Below are positions 37,401-48,000 of a stretch of 64,000 bases of DNA, one piece after another (the stretch's first letter is position 1; each line of letters opens with the position of its first letter). Source of the stretch: Rhizaria sp. SCN 62-66 (lineage: Eukaryota); assembly GCA_001724265.1 (NCBI GenBank), contig MEDY01000164.1:62001-126000 (forward strand). The letters run 5' to 3'. The notes beneath the pieces were generated by a model. It made no database searches, was not told the origin of the DNA, and saw nothing but the letters and a program-made list of their open reading frames with translations. The translations under genes were made by a program, and so were the position numbers.

Positions 37401-40400
37401 GATGCACCGCGCGGTGTTGTTCCTGCGCTACCGTGCCGTGACCCGCAAGCGCGGTGCGCGCCTCGACGCCGACGCTGACGCCGCCGCAGCGACGCTGAGC
37501 CTGCGTCGCGGCGTCGCTGCGCTGCGCGAGAACGTCACGCGCACCGACGCGGAGCGAGAGATATGGGGCCGCGCGCAGGAGCACCGCGACAGCGCACGCA
37601 AGACCCGCATGTTCCGCGGCTGGCTCCAGTACGCGCGCCACGCACGCGTGCTTGCCAAGTCTGGCGGCGCCGCCGAGGCCGCGGCCGCGAGCAGCGTGCT
37701 GCGTGAGTATTGGAACAAGTGGCGCCAGGCCGCCGCCTTTGCGGCGTACACGCGCGACGCCGCGCTGTACATGCTGCGCTACCGCGCGCAGCGCGCCGTG
37801 TTGGCGCTGAGCATCAACGTGCGCCGCAACCAGACCGTGCGCAACCTGCAGCTTTGGCGGCGTGACGAACAGCTTAAGTCCGCCGTCACTGCGCTGGCTG
37901 ACAACGTGCGCCGGCAGCACTGGGAGCGCGCCGCCGTCACCACTGCCGACGCCGCCGCGGCCGCGGCCCGCTCGCGCGACGCGTTCTGCTCCTGGCGCAA
38001 CGCGGCCGCGATCAACCGCTACCGCCGCGCCGCGATCACGCCGGCGTTCCAGCAGTGGCGCGACCAGGCCGGCCGCCGCGCGCGGTTGCAGGGGCTGTCT
38101 GCGGTTGTTCAACTCACGGTCACGCGTCCACATGCAATGCGCAAGGCCATGCGCGCGCTGCGCGTTGTTCTCGCGCGGTCGATGGCCAAGCGCCGCGAGA
38201 TGGCTGACGCCGAGGCGGCCTTACTTTGGTACCGCCGCCGCAACGCGCTGGTGCAGCTGCGCACGGCGCTGGCGGCCAAGGAGCGCGCGCAGTCGACCAA
38301 GTACCGCATGTACTTGCTCTCAGGACGGCTGAACTTCGAGTCGCTGCAGCGCTCGGCGTGGGAATCACTGCGCAACGCGTACTGGGCGCGTGCTGCTGAC
38401 CGCAAGTCCCGCGCGTTCCTGCTGCAGCACCTGGCGGCCCCCGCGGTTGCAGCGCTGCGTGCGCTGGTGTTTAACCGCAGTGACTGCGAGCGGCGGCGCG
38501 CGGCGCAGGCGCAGTGGTTGCGTTGCCAGCGCCAGCGCCGCGCACTGCAGCGCTGGCGCGAGGCTGTGGCGGCCGGGAAACAACGCGAGGCCACCGCCGT
38601 CCAAGCCGCTCGTGCGCTTGCACTGCGCCGCGCAGTGCTCGCGCTGAGGCGCTCGATCTGGCTGCGCGACAAGAGGCGCGTCGGCGCAAGCGTCGCGGAG
38701 ACCGCGGAGACCATGGGGCTGTTGCGCAGTGCGTGGCGCACGTGGCGCGCGCGGCTTAACTTAACGCGCGACCTTGAGCACGCGCGCACGGTCACTGCGC
38801 ACAACCACCAGCAGCGCACGTTGGCAGGCGTCTTGTCGCATTGGCGCGAGCTTACTCAGTCCAAGAGACTAGAGGCAGAGCTTGATGCCAAGGCGTGTGC
38901 TTTCCATTTGCTGTCGGTTGTCCGCAACTGGCGCGCTCAAACGCGCGAACGCACACTCGCAGCCCTCACCAAGGTACGGCTGTTGACTGCGGCCGCGGAC
39001 CTAAGGGTCGTGGCCCTCACGCGGTCCGCGTTTGTGCGCTGGCGCAAGGCGTACACGGCTAAACTTCTCCACGCGCGCGCGCTCACAGTCGCCCCCAAGA
39101 TCCGTGACGCGTATCTGCTGAAGCAAGCGTGGCAGCACTGGAAGGACGCGACTGCGGCAAAGCTGCAACAGCAACTCTTTGAGCTGCAAGAACAGCAACA
39201 GCTCGAACAGCAAGAGCGCGAGCGTGAGCTGTGGCTGCAGCAAAGGGAAGCAGCTGAAGTTGAGGGTGCATTCGGTGACCGTGAACGCGAGGCGGCTTTC
39301 ATTAAGAGCGTGCAAGGCCGCGTTCTTACAGTCGTTTCGGAACCGCACCCGCACGCGCCCCCTGCCACACAACGCGGCTTTACTTCGAACAACAGCGGCA
39401 GCAGTGATAACGAAAGTGGCGACGACGACTCTGGTGTCGTAGGCTTTGCTCCCTACCGTAGTCGCAGTGGCCGTGAGCGTGAGCGCAATGCTCGGGCCGT
39501 TGCGTTATCCCTGGGCACTGGCAACCGCCGCGATGTTAGTAGTGGCAGTGACCGTGCGGCGTTACTTGTTGCGGACCCCGATGGAGGCATGCGGCCTAAC
39601 TTCGAGGGCGCGGGCACGAACATTGACGCAGAGGCGGGCTGGGACACTGAGGACGAGGAAGCGCCGGGCACCAGGCAGACTAGCCTCAACCAGGACGGCA
39701 GCAATAACAGCTTCGATCTCAACATCACGCTCACACCTCGCCGTCGCCACCGTGACGCTGGCAGTGTCTCCGTCCACGTCCACGCCCAAACGAACGACGG
39801 CGAGGATGGCACTGCACTCAGTGTGGATTCGCGGGCACTGGTTCCCGCGTTTCCTGCTCTCCGCCTCTTTCGCAAGCGCGCCACTGCGTACGCACCGCTG
39901 CCCGCGAGCACGATTTTTCGGTCCTGGCTCTCCTGGGCGCGCGTGCGGTCAGCGCACCGTGCCGCTGCTACTCTGCAGTCAGTGGCTGTGAAACGCGCTG
40001 CGTTCCGGCGCTGGCGCGGTGTTGTCGTTGCGGAGGCGGAGGCGGAAGTGCGGACGCTGCGGATGGCGGCCGCGGCCGCCCTAGCGACGCAGAGCAATGG
40101 CGCGATTTGCACGGCGACTGTCCCTGCTTCTGCGGGTGCTGTCTCTACCGCTCTGCGTCGTAACTCGGTCACTGGCTTGCCGGTCTCCGTCGACGTCACA
40201 AGCTACAACAGCGTTAACCGGGAGGACGACGCTCGGTATGCGCGCCTTCTCGATCCTGACGCCCACAGCAAGTCTGCTTTCAGTGGCGGCGTCGCAGCGC
40301 AAGCGGGGGCTGCGGCGGCGGAGGCTGCTGTTACGGGGTATGACGAGAGCGAGAAGGCGATTGGCGAGGCCCTGAGACAGCTAAGTACTCCGAAGAAGAG

Positions 40401-41868
40401 GCGGTCTTGCCGTCAAGGTGACAATGTGACTGTAAACACTCACAATAACTCGCATACGTTATCATCGTCGTCGTCATCAGAGTCGTCATCGTTGTCGTCT
40501 GAGCTGTCTTTGCTGTCACCATTGCCGACGACGTCGATCTCAGGAATGTCATCACCGGAGTCTATGTCACCGCTCTCACAGCTCCACTCACACTTGCAGT
40601 CGCACGTGCAATCGCGCTCGCAGCCGCAGTCAAGCTCGCAGCCACAGTCAGGGCGTTCACAGCCGCAGCTCCGGCCGCACAGTGACTCCGCCAACAGTAG
40701 AGGGGTGAGTCGTGCCGCGTTCGACTTGATTGAAGAGCACAATGATGAGAACGACGACGATGCTGACTGCTCTTTCACATTTGCGGGCCATACTCGCATC
40801 ATCCGCACAAGTGACCGTGGGCGCCGCAGTGGCCGTGACCGTGAGCAGTCCATGCGTGACCGCGATTGTCAGTGTGAGCAGAGTGACTGTGAGCAATGCG
40901 AGAACTCTGACTTTGAGCGGATGCTTTATAGAGCAGGGGTTGAGGCGCATGCTCTGCTTGTGAAGCGCAAGGTGTTCACTGCGTGGCTGGGAGCCTTTAT
41001 CAACAAATTCCACGCCAACAGTCACAACCTGAACAGATACGTAAAGGACGACGACGACGACGATGGCGACGATGCTCACGATAGTACGAACAGTGTCTTA
41101 GATACATCGATCGACGAGGACTCGTCTCACTTGAAGTATAGCCGCTACGTGCCCTCAAAATTAAGCCCCCAAGGAGATGACCTTGTTTCTCCGTTCTCGT
41201 CGCCAGCTGCCGCTCAGAGTCACAGATCGCAAACTGCTAAGACTAATCACAACAACGGCGGCCACACGCCGAGTGGTTTCACCTTAGCGTCTCCAGTGTC
41301 TGCGCACTTGCTCGCAACGCCGGACGCTTTAGCTGTGAACAGTAGCACGGACAACTCCTTCGTCAACCAGCAGCATGGCGCTCTGCCTGTGAACATGAAC
41401 ACCAGTCTCGACTCGACCGCTGATCACCGCACCGGTCGTTACAACGCTGCGAACGCCAATGACGCCGATGTGGATGGTTATCACTACAACAACAGCTTCA
41501 AAGAAGAGGAAGATGAAGACGGTGGCCGTGAGCAGGGACAGATGAGCGCCAAGAAGACCTCTCCTGGGCGGTACAGCGTTCGCTTCACTCACGATGACAG
41601 CCCAGCGACTGGCGCCGACGGCGGGAACAACGATAACGAACACAACAACAACGAGGATGACGCTGTTGTTGCTAGCTCGACGTGGATTAGCCCGAGCATC
41701 CCTCTGACTCAAATTCCTGCCCCCACGGCCACGGCCACGGCCACGGCCACGGCCACGGCCACGAGCAACACGAGTCACAGTCCTGGCTCTAGCGCTGTGA
41801 CTGCAGCTGCTGGCAGTGTGTTTCTGACTGGTCAGCCCCTAAAGATCACTCTTCGCAAAAAGACATAA
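31037..41868 (+). CDS. SFI1: Sfi1-like centrin-binding repeat protein, about 3610 aa if a 1-nt deletion in the poly-Asn tract at ~31496 is repaired
   Basis: Many Arg/Ala-rich helical repeats ending [AF]xxW[RK] (AFTVWRR, AFKKWRK, VFTNWRK, AFQQWRD, AFVRWRK) over about 34800-40020. ORF 31037 runs into (AAC)n and the frame of ORF 31558 runs out of it. No intron seen; stop is TAA. Confidence 0.75.
31418..31521 (+). repeat. Microsatellite (AAC)26-AC-(AAC)8 encoding poly-Asn
   Basis: Directly visible; one unit at 31496-31497 lacks an A. Confidence 0.97.
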
Positions 41869-42330
41869 GTACCTTGCATTTGATGCGTGGTGCAACAAGT
41901 AAACTCTGATATTTACACATGCTTATCTAGAATTTCTACGAATTCAGCGTTAGCTCTACAGTTTTCACGCAATACATTTATCTCTTTATCTCGGTTAAAC
42001 GCTTTTCAATCGGAACAAATATCATGTATAGTATATCAAAAGTATGGCCAATCTACACGCGCTTATTTTTTTTAAATAGATCTGATCTATAACTTGAAAT
42101 CAGATGCTTACTTGAAGACTTGACAACTCGTGACGTTTTGTGACCAGGGTGACGTGACGAGTGGCGAAAGACGCCACACTCCTCAGGCGGTTTCGACATG
42201 GTTCAGGCATTGTTTTCTCTACCCTCTGACCGTTATTCGCTTCAATTTCCCAGTACCCGAATATTTACGTTTTGTGGTTAGATTATATTTTATAGTTTTT
42301 GCACACTTCTTTAGAAAGAGTGCAGACCCG

Positions 42331-44569
42331 ATGAGTTCGTCTTCTCAGGTGGCGCCTCCCACCGCCAAGCCCGTCGCCGTCTCTTCTGACGACCCGACAC
42401 TCACGCTCAGCAACCAGCGCGTGAAAGAAGGTACGCTTAAACGGATAAACGCACTATAGCATACACATTTGCGCTATCTATGCTGTTGTATCGCCTGACT
42501 CTACTCTACACGAGTCAACTTTCTCTCAAATCCCCCCACATTCTTTACCTTGCTCCTTTTTCAACAAACACGCCACCCTTGCTCCACCCCAGCGCGTGAG
42601 GCGGTCAAGAATGGCACCGACAAGGTCTACCGCATCTACACCGACGGTATCTTTGACATTTTCCACCTTGGTACGTTCTCTAACCTCTGGCCGCGTCTCG
42701 AACGCTCTAACTAATCACGAAACCATCCCCGTCTCTCATAACGCATACACTCTCACGTTAGCTGTCTTATTTCCTTCATTATGCATACTATGACTACAGG
42801 GCATATGAACGTGCTTAAGCAAGCCAAACACGCGCTCGGTGATCCTTCGCGCGTTCACCTCATCGCAGGTATCTGCTCCGACGCCGACACCAACCGCGTA
42901 CGTCCCTCGACACCACTCACTAAAACAATAATATCTCACTCAAATAGCAACATGTATTACTAGAAGCGCCACGGTGAATTTAATACTCGCATTTGTATCT
43001 GTATCGAAATTGTAACCCAACTCTCATGTAATATCATCGTATACTCACTGATATCATGCTTTTGCTTTGCTTTTGCCTCGCTTGTTTGCACACCGCTTGT
43101 TTGCGCGCGCGCGCAGTTCAAGGGTCCGCCAGTGATGGACGAGCAGACCCGCGCCCAGTCCGTCGCCCAGTGCAAGTGGGTCGACTCCGTCATCTGCCCC
43201 GCGCCCTGGATCGTCGACGACAAATTTCTCGAAGCCAACGGCATCGACTTTCTGGCCCACGACGCTGCGCCCTACGCCAGCGCGGACGGCACCGATTGTT
43301 ATGCACTCGTCAAGTCTAAGGGGATGTTTCTGGCCACTGAGAGGACGGATGGCATTTCGACGAGCGATATCATCGTCCAAATCGTGCGCGACTGTACGTA
43401 TACGTGCTTTCTTGACAACAAAGCAATGTTTAGATGTCATCTTTACCTTTTGACGTTGATCATGTGTTTTGCAAGCATACTTGCTCTTGATGTGTTTGTT
43501 ACTTGTTCAGTTTGCTCACATTTGCTCGCCACGTCCTTTTTTTTCCCTGTCTAACTTCTCCATGTTGTGATCCCTTTCACGGTTGTTTGCGACTTTAGAC
43601 GACAAGTACATCGACCGCAATCTCTCCCGCGGCTTCGACCGTTCCAGCCTTAACGTCGGCCGCACGTGGGAAATCCGCGCCGTTGCGCACGAAAAGGGCC
43701 GCAAAGTTGACGCATCCCTCAGCGCCGTCTCGGCGGCCAAGTCAGAGCTGGCCCAGACGTGGCACGCCTTCTTGGACGAGTTTCACCGCGTCAAAGTGAA
43801 GGATCTCGTCACGGGGCAGGTGAAGCGTGTCGTGCGCGGGGTCCGCCGCCGCGCCGGGAACGGGGGCCGCGGCCATAGTAACGCGGCGGGGGCGGGCAGT
43901 GCGAGCGATGCGGAGAGTAACGCGAGTGCCAGTGTGGGCGTGTGCACTGATAACGAGGGCGAGTGGAGTGATAGCGCAAGCAGCATCACGGACACCGAGC
44001 ATAACAACAGCAGCAACAACAACAACACGCAGTCTAAGAATAGTAGTAACTGTGGCATTGTGTCTGCGTGCGATGCTACCACTGCCACTGCGAATGCGAA
44101 GCCCGAGTCCGAGTCTGAGGCTGACGCTGACGCTGATGCTGAGTCAAAGAGCGCGGCTGATGCGGCCACGAGCTCGAATGCTCTGCCTAAGACGAGCTCT
44201 GATGATAACATCGGCATTCGCGCCCGCAACGCCCCCAACACCAGCCAGAGCCAGAGCGCTATCTCTAACTCCAACAGCAACAACAACAACAACAGCATCA
44301 GTAATAGAACCCCCGCTGGCACAGGCGCCAAGCCTGCCGTCACATTCACGGACGTGACGGATTATGCCGCGTCTGCTGCGGGCGCCAACGACGGCGACAG
44401 TGACGAAGACAGCGCCAGGTACAGCACGACTCTGGGTAAACAGCTCGCTGATGTCGCCAAGCACTCCGGTCGGCTCTGCTGGGCGGTGACCATCTTCCTC
44501 GTCTCGCTGCTCTCGTACCTCAACATTCTCTCGTATATCAGCAAGTGTCGCCAGACTAAGCGCTTTTAA
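42331..44569 (+). CDS. PCYT1: Choline-phosphate cytidylyltransferase (CCT), about 507 aa. Exons 42331-42430, 42593-42670, 42800-42897, 43117-43393, 43599-44569
   Basis: Spliced product reads YRIYTDGIFDIFHLGH (HxGH), KGPPVM, CKWVDSVICPAPW, IDFLAHD and [31 protein letters not shown]. All four introns preserve the frame; stop is TAA. Confidence 0.93.
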
Positions 44570-45035
44570 GCCGTTTTGCGCGTTACCAAGGCTTTCTTGG
44601 CGGGATTTTGTCGTTTTTGTTTTATTTTGTGTTGTTTTTGTTCTGTCTTGTGTTCAAGTTGCGCATGTCTCCAAGAGTTATTTTGGTGTGAGCTTATGAT
44701 CCGAGGATCAAATTTTCAGTATTTTATGGAAAATAAAATTAGTAAATACGTTTCACATCCTGTAGATGTTACCAATCATGAAAGAATATCTCACTTGTAA
44801 TAAAAATTAGGAGTGTATGACTGTGCTTCTTTTTAAAGTAGTGACTGGTGTGATGAAACAAAAACAAAAACAAAAACCTTTGTGTGATTAAACTTGCTAA
44901 ACGAAACTATAAACAATGACTCTGCGAATTTTCAAACGCATGAATCGAAAACCTACACATATGACGTCATTCATGACCTGAGCTTTCAACAAGCCGAAAG
45001 TGACGTTTAGGCGTTGACTGCTATTGCTGACGCGC

Positions 45036-48000
45036 TTAGAGACTCGAGTCGTCCTTGCCCTTGGCGGTGGCCGCCGCCGTGGCCGCAGCCGCCGCGGCGG
45101 TGGCGAGCGCGTCCCTGCCGACCGCTGAGCCCGGCGTGCGCACGGTGAGGTCGGTGCCGAAGCGCGACTGCGGCATCAGCGCCGAGTCGTCGACCGCCAC
45201 GGCGCCGCCCGCGGACGGCGCTGACTGCGCTGACGGCGCAGTTGGCGCAGTCGGCGCGGTGGAGTCGGGAGCAGCGGTGCTGGTGGCGGCCACCTTGGCG
45301 TTGGCCGAGCGAGCGCTCCCGAACGCGGACGGATTGCTGCTCTGCGCGGGTGGGCTGCCCGAGGATAGCCACGACGCGGAGGCGCCGAACACGGGCCCCG
45401 TGACGACGCCGCTTGTGCTCGCGCCAGCACCTGCGAGAGGGCTGGCACTGGCGGCAGCGTCAGGGCCAGTGACTGGGCCAGTGGATGCGCCAGTGTTCGC
45501 GATCGTGTCAGAGGTGCCGGGGACCGAGGTCGTACGGAACAGCTGTCTCTGCGCCGCCGTCACTCTCTCCACCGCGCCGGTACTCGTGTTGAAGCTCACG
45601 CTGCTACTCGTGTTGCTGCTGTTGTTGCTGCTGTTGTTGTTGTTGTTGTTGTTCGCCGGTGTTGACGTGCTGGAGAAAGCGGCCAGCGCGGCGACGGCGG
45701 CCGCAGCCTTGGGAGTGCCGCTGCTGGCCAGTGACCGCGCCGCGCGCGCACCGGCGGCGGCGTCGGCCACGGCGGCCTCGGCGGCGCGGCGCTGCGAGTG
45801 CGCGGCGGCGGCCATGGTCTCGGCCACAGCGTCGAGCAGCGGCAGGTTGAGCTGGCACAGACGCCAGAGCAGGTTCCACAGCAGCGTCGGGTGGCGGTGG
45901 CGGAACGACGGCGACAGCAGGTACGCCGCCGCAGACGGGTCCGAGAACACCGACAAAATGTTCGCGGCGGAGTGCGATTGTGACTGTGAGTGCGTGGCGT
46001 CGCCGCTGCTGAGCTGGCGTGCGCGGAGGACGCGCGCCAGCTCGAGCAGCAGCACGCGCGGCGGCAGACAGGGCACCGTCGCCACAGGCCGCGGCGCGCG
46101 CGGCTGTGACCGAGCCGGCCGGCGCAGCGCGGACGCGGGGACCAGGCCGCTCACACTGGTAGTCGCAGGAGCGGTGGCGCCGACAACAGGGGACGCGCCG
46201 CCAGCAGCCGCGGTGCCACTGCTGGTGTGGGCGTTTGTGTTGCTGGATACAGGGCCCGAGAACGACACGCTCAGCGGCAGCGGCGGCAGCGCCGCGCCAG
46301 CACCCGCGCTGTTCACGCCCGCGACTGCGTTTGCGGCAGCCGAGGGCGTGGGCGTGGGCGCGGGCGCGGGGTCGAGATTGAGCGCGCAGTCGTAGTCAGC
46401 GAAGGGCGAGTGCAACAGCGCCAGCGTCGCGGGCGGCAGCGTGCGCGCGGGCTCCACCGAGACCGTGAGCAGCGGCACGAACGCGCAGCCGCACGACGGA
46501 CACGCCAGCGCAGCCGCGGAAAGGTACGGCTGCGCCACAGCCAGCGGGCAGTCGCCAGCGAGCGCGACGGCCTCCTCAGCCTCGGCGTCGGCGTCGGCCG
46601 CGGCCTCAGCCTCCGCCGCAGCGGCCTCCGCCTCGGTCTGACTGTGACTGTGCCCGCGACCGTGGCTGTGGCGGGCCCGGCGGCGGCGCGCGGCGGCGGC
46701 CCGGGCGGCGTGCCTGCGCGCGCGCTGTGCCTTGTAAAGCGTCGTCGCGGCGTCGATGTGCCAGAGCAGGTTCAGCTCGGTCGCCAAACTGCAGCCGCAG
46801 CGCAGGGCCGCGCCCGAGCCGTCCGCGTCGGCCTCGTCGCCGTCGTCACCGTCGTCGCCGTCGTCGTCCCTGGAGGCGACAGAAGCGCGGGCGCTGGCGT
46901 TGGTGCTGGCGTTGGGGCGTGAGTCGGAATCGGGGAGTGACAGCGCGGGGGGCAGCGGTGGCAGCTGCGGCATCAAAGTTAAGCCGCCGCCGCCGACACC
47001 CGCGCCACCACCGGTGTTGTGGATGGCCGTGGCGGTCATGTCAACGGCTGCAGCACCGGTGTCGCCGCCGACCGCGACGGCCGCGATCGCCAGAGCGGCG
47101 GCCGACGCGCGGGGCCTCTGCTTCTCGCTCGCGCTCACTCTCGCCGAGCCAGCGCCTGTGCCAGTGCTGATGGTCGACGCGGCGTGTCCGTTGCGCGCGG
47201 CGACTGCGGCGGCTGCGCGCGCGAGAGTGGCCGCCGGCAACGCGCAGCGCCGGCAGCCGCACACCTTCTCGCCCGCACTGACCAGACTGCTGCTACTCGA
47301 GCTCGCGTGCGCAGTGCTTGCGGTGGTGTTAGTGCTGGTGTATACTAGCGTGTCGCCGCGGACGCCCTTGAGCGCGCGCGCGGCGGCCGCGGTGGGCTGA
47401 CAGCGTGCGGTGACGGCGACGGTGAGGCCGCGGAAGAGCGCCTCGAAGCGCGCCACAGCGTCGTCGTGCTGCTCGGCCTGCGCGCGCGACGTCGAGAGCG
47501 ACAACAGCACGGCCGCAGGCAGCGCCGCGTCGCCCGCGTCCGCGGGAGAGGCGGGGTACGCGGCCTCGATCGCGGCCTCGACGTCGCTCTCGCTGCCGGT
47601 ATCGCCGGGCGCGGTGGTGCTGTAGCGAGTGAGCGAGTCGTCGTAGAAGGCGTCAGCCCGCTCGGTCACGACGGTGTCCGTCGATGGGCTTGCAACAGCA
47701 CCCGCTGCACCCGCACCGGCGCTGGCACTGGCGGCAGCGCCGCCGGAGCTCGAGGTCGCGCTCGAGGTGGTGTGGCTGCTCGCGAGAGACTGCGGCGTCA
47801 AAGGCGTCGCCAGCCGGTCGTTGCCGCTGCTGGCGCAGCCCAAGCTGTCGCTGCTGCCGTTGCCGTTGACGCGCAAGTGGCGCTGGGACTGCTCCTGCGA
47901 CGACGGCGGCGACTGCAACTGCATTTGCATCTGCGAGTGCGCGCGCGTGAGCGGCCGCGGCAGCGGCGCGCGCGCGGCCTGCCACACGGCGACGACCGCG

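Noticed and set aside
44961-44970. Perfect palindrome ATGACGTCAT (CRE-like)
   Set aside because: A single site between convergent 3' ends with no promoter context.
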